Source: Mytilus californianus
Taxonomy: Eukaryota
Reading direction: 5' to 3'
Assembly (NCBI RefSeq): GCF_021869535.1
Contig: NW_026262581.1
Span: 30,566,001 to 30,630,000, forward strand
Length of the DNA: 64,000 bases
Shown: positions 1 to 12,760 of the stretch, piece by piece
Layout of the letters: every line of letters begins with the position of its first letter
Numbering within the stretch: position 1 is the stretch's first letter
The notes under the pieces: generated by a model
Databases searched by the model: none
The model's input: the letters and a program-made list of their open reading frames with translations, nothing else
What the model was told of the DNA's origin: nothing
Program-made: the position numbers and the translations under genes

Positions 1-402
1 TATCAAGCGTGCATCTATCCAGGTGAAATCGGATGTAGATGATAAGAAACTTTTGCAGCTCAATGTATATGTTGCACTTGAATTTAGCTGCCTTGAAAAT
101 AATACATAATTTGGATGAAGTTCAAGATTTTTACAAAATTGGTAGTTGAAGTTAGCAACGTCCATTGGCCAATATTACAGGATAAAAAGGACGATGCTGT
201 GTACTAAATCGTCTTTTTTATCCTGTAATATTGGCCAATGGACGTTGCTAACTTCAACTACCAATTTTGTAAAAATCTTGAACTTCATCCAAATTATGTA
301 TTATTTTCAAGGCAGCTAAATTCAAGTGCAACATATACATTGAGCTGCAAAAGTTTCTTATCATCTACATCCGATTTCACCTGGATAGATGCACGCTTGA
401 TA
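1..402. repeat. Long near-perfect inverted repeat (foldback); left arm runs off the window edge
   Basis: Base i pairs with base 403-i. Arms are 1-195 and 208-402, checked by hand at 194/195 complementary (single G.T at 189/214). The spacer is 12 nt, gctgtgtactaa (196-207). Confidence 0.97.
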
Positions 403-1069
403 AAGCTAGTTAGTCTAGCGAAATATTGCGTTTATTTTCATCATTTTGTAAATATTTTAAACATTCTTATATTTACATACTAAATAGTGTGTTAAAATTA
501 CATTGTTAGGCAATCTATATATATATATATATATGTACAGTCGTGTTGATAAACAATTTAAGAATAAACAAGTGAAATTGTTTTCTCTTTTTTAAATTTG
601 CAATAAAGGGATTGAAATGGGTTTTGTGACATAAACAGAAACCATGATTGCTGTTTTAAAATAGAAAATCATTACACAGCTTGTTTGATATAAATTTTAA
701 GACAGGTGTCGAAAGTAAAATGAATGACTTGTACAAATAATTTCATGAGCAGTGGCAATACCTATTAAAAATAACTGTTAGGACAGTTCTAATACTACGA
801 GTATCCAAGTATTATTAAGTATGATCTTAACATAAGTATTATTTACTAACATAATAGTGTATTATATATATGAACATTAAAATAAATTTATATCAATCTG
901 TCCATTTAAGAGTTACTACGGATAGACAGTAAAATGACAACGTATAACTAGTGTCTCCTGATAACAAGTCCCACCCCTTTCCACCTATACATATTAGCTA
1001 AAGTTTTAAAATTACCAAATTCCTAACAGCTTTTTTTTATTCTTGTGTGGATATAGGTTTAAATGTGAT

Positions 1070-1113
1070 GTGTCCGAAGCACTTTGCTGGATTTACCTCC
1101 ACCAGGAACGCTC
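1070..1113 (-). ncRNA. Degenerate minimal type-I hammerhead-ribozyme-like motif
   Basis: Minus strand reads gagcgttc-CTGGTGG-aggtaaatcca-GCAA-agtgct-TC-ggacac. This is the layout stem I / CUGAnGA / short stem II / GAAA / palindromic stem III / UC / stem I, with core substitutions. Homologous to 13336-13379. Confidence 0.45.
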
Positions 1114-3210
1114 AACAACAAACATTTGAATGCTAGCGATGTCTAAATACTGAATACTTGAGGAGCGCTATATATGACAAAAAGGGGACATAAAAAGACT
1201 GACTATATCAAACTAAGGTCAACGTGCGGCCTGAAATCAGCATAGTTGTATGCTAGACTACTCTCTCTTTTTTACGAGGATGACCGTGAGGGACAATGAT
1301 TCATTGAATTATGTTAGAGGTAACATAACATGTACATATTACAAATAGTTGAGAAAATGACCATATCAGTGCCCTACAATTGTATATACAGTGTAGTTGT
1401 CTCATCGGCAATCATGCCACATCTCCTCATTCGCGATCATACCACATCTTCTCGTTGCCAATCATTTCACATTTCATAACTTTTATATAATATATAAGAT
1501 TATGGAATTGATCACGCGACATGCGTGCAGATGACGGGGAATGCACTTAATTCGTCGTCATCATCGAACGATACAGTATCACTTACAATCAGGGACTTGT
1601 TAAACGTATTTACATAATTGATAAAGTATCTCATATAGATACACTAATTTTTAAATAATACATGAATGTATATATTTAGAATATATATTCATATTTATAT
1701 AATTATGATATGTTTTCAGAAATGTTTTATTTGTCCATCGGTGATTTTTTAAATCATTAATTTCAATATTTCTAATTTGAAATCAGTTTTCAAGAGATTT
1801 TTTTTATCTCATGACTTAAATTACAATTATAATTTTATACATTCTTAACATTATTCTATATATCTAGTTAGCACCGTGGAGAGAATTTACTATCATGAGT
1901 ATACACTTTTAGAATCTATATATTTTGAGTTCAATACACCGTTGACACTGAAGAAATGTTTGATAACTAAAAAAAGTATTTAAAAAAAGAATCATTTCAA
2001 ATAAATGCAAAGAATAGCAAAAAAGTAATGTTTCTTTCCTTTAGCTTTAAGCAAATGCATATTGTGGTATGTGTCATGACATAATGCACAAAACCCTCAT
2101 TTCTAGTGAATAGAATGAATATTCGAGTGAAAAATTGCTCGTGTTGTGTCGAGCAGCTGATATTTTACAAAATCAATAATGTGATGAAAATCTGATAATC
2201 GATTTATCGGATTGTATTTGTGTGGTTTTTTTTATGATAGACCAATAGTTTTTTCTTTGTTTCACTAGCAAACCGGTAGATGACTTGATAAGTAATGGTC
2301 AAACTTAAATATATCAACGTCGGTAATAAGTGTGGGTCAACTTATTTGATACCACAAAGCCATGCTTGATATGCATCTTTACGAAGAGCGGAGTGATAAA
2401 AGCATAGGGAAGTACGATAAGCACTTGTTTCCGATCGACTCTCTGAATTTTCAATATCGCAAATAGTCAAATTTATAGATGTCTTTGCTGATTAACTTAT
2501 TGTGTTATGTTGCTCACTCAATCTCTCATTTTGAAAATGATGGAAATCTGTATCATTTACTACCTAAACTTCAGGTCTATGGGCCATCCGAGTTAACAGT
2601 ACGTCAGTAGTTTGATTGTTATTGTTTTGTGTTTTTATTTTCCGTTCTTATAAGAGAGTACAGGATTTTTTTTTAAGGAGTGCGTATCTTTTTAGTACAA
2701 TATTGTTCACTGAAACATTTCAGTCATAACACATATAATAAAATTTCCCCGTCAACTTCTCGAAGTTATACACGCGGCCATAGCGAAATCATAGATGTGA
2801 TTATAATTAGATTTATTAATTACTATTTATTGTAAGCTGAACATGCATGTAACAAATGTCAAAGGGTAAATTAGCAAACGAAGAAGGGGACCAGTCCAGT
2901 GTACACGTAGCAATTTAAAATAGCAAGCGAATCCACCCCTTTCTGGACATATACAGCACTGATCAATGATATATTTAAGATAACGTACTGTGAGATAGTT
3001 TTGCTATTCTATTTACTCGCATAATATTTTGTTTTCTACAACCTTGTACCAAATATAGTGTTAAAGAATGTGCCAGTAGAGTACTCGACAGTATTTAGGA
3101 TCAATAGGTTCAAACGATGCGCGTTCCATAGACAATTTAGTGTCAACCTTCCTATTACACGGATTTCAATGGTCACAACACGAATATTATAGACATATAT
3201 TTTCGCTTAC

Positions 3211-3326
3211 TTGGAAACATGACCACTAAAATGTTTTCCGGTCCAACAAGGACTTCCGCCGATGCAATAGTTTCCTCACGGATGTCCTTGTCTGTCATGC
3301 TTAGAAATTCATCCCGATAGAACTTG
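3211..3326 (-). other. Candidate orphan coding exon (116 nt)
   Basis: Acceptor ttgactggttttacag and donor ccaa|gtaagc. One open frame, KFYRDEFLSMTDKDIREETIASAEVLVGPENILVVMFP. More GC-rich than the flanks. No family recognised. Confidence 0.25.
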
Positions 3327-4604
3327 CTGTAAAACCAGTCAAGTTGGTGTAATTATATTGACTCTTAGTGTTGAGTTTTTTTGTACATGTGCTAGTAGTC
3401 CGAACACCGTAAGAGCCATGCAAATCTAAAGATGTTATGAGGAATTCAATGAAATAATTTCATCCAAATTGCAAGAAAACTAAAAAAGCAATTGCGTATC
3501 ATGTTAAAATATTTTCGGCTCCTTAAACCATTAAGAGATGTTCGTTTACCACTTAACCTATATCCAATATGATTTTAAAACTTCTAAAGAATATTAAAAC
3601 ATACACTTAATCAAATTAAAAATTCAAAAGTTGAAATACTAAAGATCAAAATCTACTGGCATACTACCAAAACCTCTTATCAAGAGGAATTCTTTAAAAA
3701 AAATCAATAAAAGTGGATCAAATGTAACCATTCCCGTTATGGAATTAATATGATATCCCTTTTTTCGTCCAACATTTTTCCTCATATATAACTTTAAAGT
3801 CATATGTGTTGAGCAAAATCTGTTAAAATAATACCGAACTTCTTTGCAAGTAGAACGCAATGAAAAAAATCTCATTCACATTGAAAGAACACTATAAAAA
3901 CAGTATGTATACCCAAGGGGGGGGGGGCTTTTTTGACGATCAATGCTTTTGAATGGGGACATATATTTGGAACACCCCCCCACACTTTTTATCCTGGGTT
4001 GGAACCCCCTTTTAAAAATGGCTGGATCCGCCTTTGATATCAAAATATGTAAAAGTGATATTTTCTATCTCCTTTTATGTTCTTATAATATATCCTTTAG
4101 GGTTTCTACAAATGTTATTGAAAGTGCAAGCAGACATTTCTTATGAAATTCAAAGAAGAACACCACATCAAAGTTAATCTTTAAATGAGAAAGTCTTTGG
4201 TTTGGACCCCGAGGGTCCCTTTTTCTCGACAAAGCAAAGATTGTATCTAATGTGCTGACCCATGTAGGGATTTGTATGCACAATAGAAATACTATATCAA
4301 AATCTGATGGGGGAAAAAAACTCATTTTAGATCCTTTTTGGTTCTTTTTTTAGAAACGGTTGAGTCCTATATCCCACAAAATTAATTGTTATTTTTTAAT
4401 GAAAAATAACTTCAAATCTAAATAGGGATAATTCAACTACAACTAACACAAGTTTGAACAACTAAAACCTACGCTCCATCCATACACCATGCCCGCATTT
4501 AAGCAAAACGATGAAAACCTGCAAAAACGCATTTGCAGATTGCCGGAAGTACTAGTTACATATAGCTTTCTTTTTTAGATAATTTTATTTTTTTTAAAAG
4601 GGTA

Positions 4605-4820
4605 AATTAACGGCCTGATTTGTGCAAAAACAATACAGGATAAAATACAACAGACAGCAACCATCAACATCCACTGGATTACAGACTCTTAAATTTGGAC
4701 GGACATATAAAGAATGTGGTGAATATAAACATGTTTGTGAGCGCTCAACCCTACCCTAACCTAGGAAATAGGTGTAACAGCACAACATAAGTACAACTGT
4801 AAAAATCAGTTGGAAAGGGC
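4605..4820 (+). mobile_element. 3' part of a high-copy interspersed repeat (family A, see 19204)
   Basis: taacggcctgatttgt...ccactggattacag...gagcgctcaaccctaccctaacctagg is a diverged match to the distal half of the 19204 and 45592 copies. Confidence 0.5.
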
Positions 4821-7711
4821 GCAATTGACGCGTCATGCCGGTATAAAGTACAAATACTAACAAGACAAGACACACAGTACTCCCATAAACTGAATGCTTT
4901 TTCAAAGCTCAATTAAAATATCAATCAGTACATCTCCAATGGATTTATTGTAAAGTCGTCATAACTTGGCAAAAGATGAGACATTTATAATTATTGTAGA
5001 CCTTTTCTTTTTTCTGTCGCTGGGTTGCTGTCTCATTATTCACATCTTCTTTTATTCATTTGTTTTAACGCTCAACCCACACCTGACCTTGGACAGAAGT
5101 GCAACACCAAAACATGTTTTTTCCCCCGCATTGACATACACGCTTGATTGCAGATGCATGCACATTATAGATGACTGTTGTGATATTGATTTCAATATAA
5201 GTTATTCCATCTGTCATACACATTTAAGTATTATTTTTCATGTTTAACACATGTTGTTTATTACTGTATTCAAAGGCAAATAAATAAAAAAACGATATAA
5301 ACTTAACTTTATTGAGCTTATTTAAAAGAATACCACAACACACTTTATCGACACAAACATTTGGCAATACGGTGATGAGTATTTTTCTTCACACTATGAA
5401 ATATGATGAATATTCATTCTCGCACTTCTTTGTAGTATCAGTATCATCGCAATATGTTACATTTAGACAACAATGTACTTTTGTTTTCAAACAGAATAAT
5501 AACAAATCATTTATGTTAAACCTTATTTGTCTCAAAATGACCATATTTATTGTAGGAGTTTCCGATTCGATTCTATTATGTTTTAAAATTCCTTTGAGTA
5601 TTTCGATCTTCTCTTTTTTTTTAGCAGACACAAACATAATACACATTACAACTGATCAATAAATATATAAACATTTACATTCCTGACATTCCATTCCATT
5701 TCACAAGTATACATATAGTTAGTATGTAAAACATTTACTATGGTATAAAACATTTCATATAATCATTTACAAGTTTTTGTCTCGGATGGTTCCATTTCAA
5801 AATATGCAACATTTGTATGTTCGGTTCGACCCTCTACCAGTCAGCGAATCCTTCCCCTTGTGCCGATAACTAGAACGAACTTTTTTCTTCTTGGATAAGC
5901 TTATGATAACATATAGTAAACACTGCCGTTTCGCTATCAAGAAAGGGAATTGCAGTAAGTCAATCTACACAAATACATTAAACTGATGAAAATGCATTAA
6001 AAATTCTCACAATTGCCTAGACCTCGGAATCTGTTGTCGTCATAGGTCTATTTTCCTTAAATCTCGCATATAAAGTAACAAAGTTTGAGCAATGATTAGA
6101 ATTTAGATCCCTAAAATCGAAAATTACCTGATGTGTGCATGCTTCAATTTATAATGCATGGTATTTTCAATATAAAAATAGACACGAATAACACAAAAAT
6201 GATAAAGTAAACAACTATTAATTATGGCACTAAACATGTAAATAAAATTATTTTTAAAACTTTCTTCCATTGTTTAGAACCCAATGCCGGTATTTTCACC
6301 CATACATACGATTTTTACAGTTTTTTACTCTTAAAAAAAATCATATCTCGAGACATGTTTTTTTGTAGAAATTTCAATAAATTACAGGATTTTAGGAGCT
6401 TCAAAAGGAAGAATATTTCGAATACTGCTTTGCCTTTGAAAATGAATTGATAGGTTGAATAATTGCAGATATCGCATTTGACATTTTTTACCAGGTTATA
6501 TTAAAATTTTCTTCGGTTTGTCATTTCTAACGAGATATTTCATTGAGCTCGATTAAATATCACGTGAGAGTAGAAAATAACATCTCTCTTATCAGCTTCA
6601 TCTGCATTAAATTTTTTAAGTATTCAAATAAAATGTATAATAGTAAAAAATACTAAATATTTGCCAAATTCTTTCAAAACTGTAGTTTACAGTCAAGTAT
6701 AAGAAGGACTGCTTGTGAGGAAATAAACATACTTGAGAAATTAGACCATTTAATATTTTATACTTGTGATCAAGGGTTTACGAAGGAAAGTCGTCATAAT
6801 GACCATTGCTATACAGTGCGCAAGTTCACAACAGTAACAGTTTGATTCTACAAATAACAACAAAACAAAACACTAATAGCCTAATGGCAAGACATTGCAA
6901 TACAAAGCATATAAAACAACTACAAGCCTGGACTCTTTCCTATATAACATTGTACAATCAGTTTTCATTGTAAATATCCACAAGTTTACATTCGGAATAT
7001 AACAAACAGCAAGCGTTTTTTCACATCTCGACTTTTTGAACCAGCTTATCTCCAATTACTACAGAATCTTTATGTGAATTTACAATTTCATGATTGAAGT
7101 TGATAATTCGGGCAATGCTATAGTTAGGTCTAATCAAGTTCGATACTCTAATTTCAAAAGCAATAAGTTATTTTTCTGGCTAAAACAATATCCCATTTTG
7201 ATTAAAATTCCTTTAAACTTTTGAGTTTATAGCCAATAATGCAAAGTCAATGATAGAAAAGGTTAAATTTGTTGATTATATCTTAAAACGCTTCTGCAGT
7301 TATTTGATTAGACGAAGAGAGACGTATGAACTGTCAATGTTAGCTGATGCTACAACTTACTTTTCTATTCACAGATTAATCAGCTAATCATCTAACGAAT
7401 TACTTGAATGTATAATGCGAGGTCACGTTTCATTTCTATTAGATACATAAAATAATTTCATTTCGTTGTAATCTGACTTTGGTATTGATGTTGTAAGAAA
7501 AAATATCTGGTTATAAACCCTGCACACATATAACAACTAAATTCTTGACAATTAACAAAGCACAAATATAAAAGTTTCATTTATATTAATCAAAACGCTT
7601 TTGGCAAATTTTAGAGAATAGCTTTACAAATATCTCTTAAAAAATCTATCGCTAATACAACAAATTGCAATAACTATAAACCTTACACTAATTGTAGTAA
7701 AAAGCATTACA

Positions 7712-9142
7712 CTAAAATAGATACGGAACAATTCTGTGTGGTACTCTCTCGCAATAGTCCGTCCAGAAGGGGCCATACTTCAAACTACATTTGTCGTCGT
7801 CTCGGTAGCTACGGTGCGTTAAGAGTACAGTGAGGAAAATGACGTAAGAAAATGGCATGAAATTCTCAAAGCCTGCTGGTAATGTCCAGAACAAGGCTAA
7901 CAAAATCTCAGGTATGTAGTGGAAATGGCGAGAAAGTCCCCACCATCCGGAGGCTAGAAGTATACTTTCCTTCTCTTGTCCATCCTCAAGCGTATATTTG
8001 GCTCTTATGATGTTCGGTTTCTTTCCCCATATGAGACAATCACCGTCTGCTGATCGCACACGTTGTTTCTGCCAGTCTGCGAAATAATTAACAGAGATCG
8101 CCAGTAGTCCACAGGTTAAAATAAATGTCGACCAGAACCAACCAAGATAAACGGGGTTGTTTACTAGATAGAGGCTAACTGAGGCATATAAAGAAGGTAC
8201 ATATACTAAGCATCCCCAACATATATAATATCCAGCGCGGTCAACCATGATGTCTATTGTGCTTAGATATCCTGCTTCCCACCAAAAGAACTTTGAGATA
8301 TATGCCAATTGCAAAATTGCTGATACGACCATACTATCAACAAATCCATGAAGTTCGTAGCTCTTTAAAGCATGTATATAAACAAGCACGGCCCAAATTG
8401 TCATTCCAAATCTACAATTAGTGAAGACTTTGATGTCAACTCCAAGTACACGAGGATAGAGTTCGGTTCCCCAGTAATAGTCAAATATGATGTTTCCAGA
8501 AGACCCACAGTCAGTTGAAGACGGTGAATATAACCCTTTAATGTATAGAAAGATGCAAAATATAGCACTTAAAACATTAAGTGTTCCGAGAATGTCACCA
8601 AAGTTATCATAAACTACAGATGGCGACAAGTTATACGTCTTAAGAATAACGGTCAAAAGAAATAAAGTAGTCATGGTAACGACATAATGCGAGAATCCAT
8701 TGTCTTTGTAAACTGGAGTGTTTCCTTTTGGAGTAATTGGACCTCTGACCTGCTTTCCTGGTAAAAATTTCATCAACAGTAATGCCCAGATGCAATAGCC
8801 AAATACGACAGAAAGTGCGAAGTTGCTGCAAATATTAACATCTCCCCATAACTCCTTTAAAGAGTCCAACATTGACGCTTGGGTAATGGAATGGACCATG
8901 TTTCCGTAACTCCCTTTGTGTTTTGTAGCTGTGTACCATAACAACATAACGAAATTTGGTGTTGATACCATCAGGAACACAGGAACAAATATTTTATTGA
9001 AAAAATCCCGGTTACGCTGTGTAACACCAATCTTTTCCAATTTTTCATATCCTTCTTTGTAGCCATGGAAACCATTACTCAACATGTCTGATCCCGTTAC
9101 AAGGTCTTGTTGCTTCGAAGCGTTTTCCTTTCTCTTCGACAT
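7712..9142 (-). CDS. DHCR7: Sterol delta-7 reductase (7-dehydrocholesterol reductase), ERG4/ERG24 family, DWF5-like; single coding exon
   Basis: 476-aa uninterrupted multi-TM ORF. Motifs include GPITPKGNTPVYKDNG, DYYWGTELYPR, DIKVFTNCRFGM, KFFWWEAGY, DRAGYYICWGCLVYVPSLY, SGWWGLSRHFHYIPE and RDDDKCSLKYG...YCERVPHRIVP. A splice-acceptor-like tttaattttag lies 7 nt upstream of the ATG (AG at 9151-9150). Confidence 0.93.
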   Translation of the reverse strand: MSKRKENASKQQDLVTGSDMLSNGFHGYKEGYEKLEKIGVTQRNRDFFNKIFVPVFLMVSTPNFVMLLWYTATKHKGSYGNMVHSITQASMLDSLKELWGDVNICSNFALSVVFGYCIWALLLMKFLPGKQVRGPITPKGNTPVYKDNGFSHYVVTMTTLFLLTVILKTYNLSPSVVYDNFGDILGTLNVLSAIFCIFLYIKGLYSPSSTDCGSSGNIIFDYYWGTELYPRVLGVDIKVFTNCRFGMTIWAVLVYIHALKSYELHGFVDSMVVSAILQLAYISKFFWWEAGYLSTIDIMVDRAGYYICWGCLVYVPSLYASVSLYLVNNPVYLGWFWSTFILTCGLLAISVNYFADWQKQRVRSADGDCLIWGKKPNIIRAKYTLEDGQEKESILLASGWWGLSRHFHYIPEILLALFWTLPAGFENFMPFSYVIFLTVLLTHRSYRDDDKCSLKYGPFWTDYCERVPHRIVPYLF

Positions 9143-11101
9143 ATCTTATCTAAAATTAAATCAAACTTAAATAATCGAGAGGGTATATACAGTGCTTTTC
9201 GTCTGGTAAACATCAATCAAAGTGATGAAGTTCGGTGACAAACAGTACTTTTTCTTACTTTGTTGTAATTTTAAGCTTTTTTTATTAATCTGTTGTGTGT
9301 GATGTTGTGTGATAATGGATATTTCTGTATTCGCACTTAATGGTGTAAATGCAAATAGAATTATTTTTAAATTGTTAATTACTAGTAGACTCGAAAGATA
9401 TGATAACAGTCAGATCCTTATCTCAATTTGAGAAGGAAGTGGTTATCTTCTTACAAGGACTGCGTTTCCGGTACGATTTTTAAAAAAAAGCATGTAGCGT
9501 TTATGCAGTGATGCATAGAATTTTCAATCGCATTGATACATGAATTTGGCTATCTTTGATGTCAAATATATGCAGGGGATCCATTCCTAATATCAATTAT
9601 CAAACTCATGCATGGAAGTAATATAATAAATCCATGATTTCTGCAACAATTTTTGAAAAAGACTTCTTTTTCCGTAGAATCAATTGTTTATCTACGTTCT
9701 GAGATATTGACAGTTTTATATAAATGCTGAATTAGAAGTTAACTAGGATTTCAACTCACTCGGGCTAATTTGTAGTCCATTAGATGTTCATTATGTATTT
9801 GGTTTCTCAAACATTTGATGGCCAGCGTTCCTTTGGAGGGAGGGACAATATAGAAATTGGATACTGACGTGCAGTTGGGATTTAAATAAACACCAACATT
9901 TCATAAATTGAAGTTCATTTAAATATTTCAATGAAGCATCTATGTATACCCTCTTTTTTATGCTTGTTAGCTCCCTCCTGGTTGTAAAAACTCAAGGCGT
10001 TCTTAATCAAGATTAACTGAAAATGTGTACAGAATTTTCCAAAAGCTGTGCAGTTTGCTTGTATTACTTCCACCTGTATCAACATTCACTCGTAAAACAC
10101 ATTAGTAAAGTAGAAATAAAAGACAACAGAGGCTCCCGATGCCCAAAAATGAGGTTCTTAGTGTCGCAAATCAAATCGATGGGCGGGAGTGTAGTTAGAC
10201 CTAGACCTGAGCCAGGGCTGAGTGGTGCGTGTGCCCCCAATTTCATTGTTGAAATGGAAGCAAAACTGTGTCATTTTTTTCAAATATATAAATATATATG
10301 CATATCTAATAACCGTGTATAATTAACTTTTCAGTGGCATTTGAAATACATTTTAACAAAGTGCACCTGAGTACTAATTAAAGGATACACGAAAGTTTAC
10401 TTCATGAACTCTCAAAATCCATGTACTTGAAGTATTTTTATCTTCATGTAAAATTATATCATATGCAATTAAAGTAACTAGTTGCTACGTCTACATGTTG
10501 ATATATGTATATATGAAAAATGTAAATTAACTTACAAGCTGTGCATTTATCAGTCCATGTAGATATTTATAAAACATGTACACTCGGCTTGTCGTGTGTT
10601 ATAGCATAAGTTTATACTTATGACGACCTTTTAAGCCATCACATTTCTCGTGTATGATCTCTTATATGACATACCTCGTTTATTAATTTGTCCTTCAGGT
10701 AGAAGCCTCTGGCTCTAATCCTGCACACGACCAGACCAATACACTTCTAAAAAAAGCATAAAAATGTCATCCACTTAACAGATAGCTATGAAAAAGGTGA
10801 TCAAAAGAAAATTCCCTGTCACTAAAAAAAATATTTCAAAAAGAAAAAGCACCACGTTATAACATGTGTCAGTCTGATAAATACTACGAGCAGATTATAC
10901 GAGATAAATCAGAATTATACACAGATATGTATCTTCCTGTTGAGGGAAATGAATGACTATTTATAACTGTATATAATACGTTTTTTGTTATAGAACATTT
11001 CGAACAAAACGCAATTCTTCAGTACTATTACGAACTAAAGCTTTTATCGATCACATGTCCAGTTATAAACAAGAACTGACATGAAAATTGCATTTCCCAT
11101 C

Positions 11102-11735
11102 TCATGGAACAGAAGTTCCTTTAAAATGTAAGTTCTAAATAGAAGAAATATTCTGGACTATTAATTCTACTCGAAGAAATATATCAGTTTTTTTGTTTCT
11201 GACGGAATAAAAAAAGTATAGAATATTTATTCCGACAGTTTATAGCAAAGTTTCCAAAGGAAATTTTGTCAGGTAGAAAGAATATAATTGACTCTCGAAC
11301 ACCATGAAGGGTGGATATGTAGAAATATCATTTTGTCACAAGATCCCACGAGGGTACGGTACATTAGGAAAAAAGTCGGATGTAAAGATTTATATGCTAG
11401 TAAGTCATCTGTCGGATTGCGTTTCCTGTGTCATGGAACGGAAGTTCCTTTTTAATGTAAGTACTAAATGGAAGAAATTTTCCGGAATATCAATTACATT
11501 GGAAGAAAAATTACAGTTTTTTTTGTCCCTGACGGTATTACAACTCAAGTATAGAATATTTATTTCAACAGTTGATAGCAAAGTGTCGATAGGAAATTTT
11601 GTTAGCTGGAACAAATACAATTGACACTCGGACACCATGAAGAGGGGTTAAGAAAACAATAGCATTAGTCACATGATACCATCAGCTAGGATAGTACAAT
11701 GAAAAAAAGTCCGATGTGAAGATTTGTATACAGTC
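11102..11735. repeat. Diverged two-copy tandem duplication, period ~329 bp
   Basis: tcatggaac at 11102 and 11431. The colinear blocks agtatagaatatttatt, ggaaattttgt, acaccatgaag and aaaaaagtc.gatgt.aagattt are shared. Confidence 0.8.
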
Positions 11736-12539
11736 TATTGCCGGATTAAACTTAAGGGATTTTGACACGTGTAACACGAATGTTCTTGTCTTCCTTCCAT
11801 CACTACAGTTAATCAAGTACATTTCAAGTGTCCATGTTCTCTTTGAAGTGTTTTAGTTTAAGTGTTTTACATAACACCAACATTAATATTAGCTTGGCAA
11901 CAGACCACAACTTGGCCTTATCACTTTAACTTCCTTCTTCTTATGTAGAAGTGTTCACTTAACAATATTCATTCTACCGATTTAAGATTGATCGTTTGGT
12001 TGCTATACTTCAGTGGCAACTATTTCAGGCTACTTTAGAACGAACAAGTAAGACCATACAACAGAGTTTTTGATATGCATTGAAAGAGAGAAGACAAAGA
12101 GAAGAACAGCATAATTTTGTCTACCCTGTTGGGACTATTACATTGCATACAATGTATGGCAATTTTTCTGCAAACAAGACCCATACTGGGTTTGCACCTG
12201 CGTCGCTGAATTCAATTGATTGAGGTAACATATACACTGAAACATAACTGATGAAGATGATTTCCAAAACTATGTTCAATTTAACTTCAATTAAAGTACT
12301 TTCAATGATGTAATGTTAAGGGAGAAAATTTTCCTTGTACAATGAGTGTTACAAAATTTCAAACAATCAGCAAACGAGAAATGGTTGCACGGCAGATGTA
12401 AAAATTGCTTATTCGCTATTACTCAACATTATCAACCTCCAGACAAATATAAAAGCATTCCCTTCCATATAGAAGCCAAGGAAATTTTGACAAAAAAAGA
12501 GTATTGTAAAATTTCAAACTATCAGCAAACAGGAAGTGG

Positions 12540-12760
12540 ATGCAAAGCAGTTCTAAAAATTGCTTCCACGCTTCAACACACCAGTATCAAACTTTGACGA
12601 AAGCTATCTACTGGCAAGGTCTTTCGGACGGATGGACGAACGCGGACAGATCGACGGAGTAAGGCGGTTACTAGACTTGCTTTCACTATTAGCGACGAAA
12701 TTAAAATTACTAGCGAAATTTCTAAAAGAAATTGCCTATTTTTTTTGAACTAGTTAAAAT
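12540..12760 (-). mobile_element. Decayed HINE/Helentron-like terminus
   Basis: (GGAC/GGAT)-like microsatellite ggacggatggacgaacgcggacag followed by a terminal block, which is the reverse of the layout at 26255. Confidence 0.3.

Noticed and set aside
238-483. 81-aa ORF
   Set aside because: It lies in the right arm of the palindrome and has no recognisable protein features.
5312-5662. Overlapping 116-aa and 85-aa ORFs, with a possible L1/Tx1 C-terminal relic
   Set aside because: No intact CCHC or RT motif, and the composition is typical of chance AT-rich ORFs.
9292-9313. Two ATCACACAAC (SRE-like) motifs just upstream of the sterol reductase
   Set aside because: Only 8/10 match to ATCACCCCAC, in a TG-rich stretch, and probably intronic. 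This is expected by chance.
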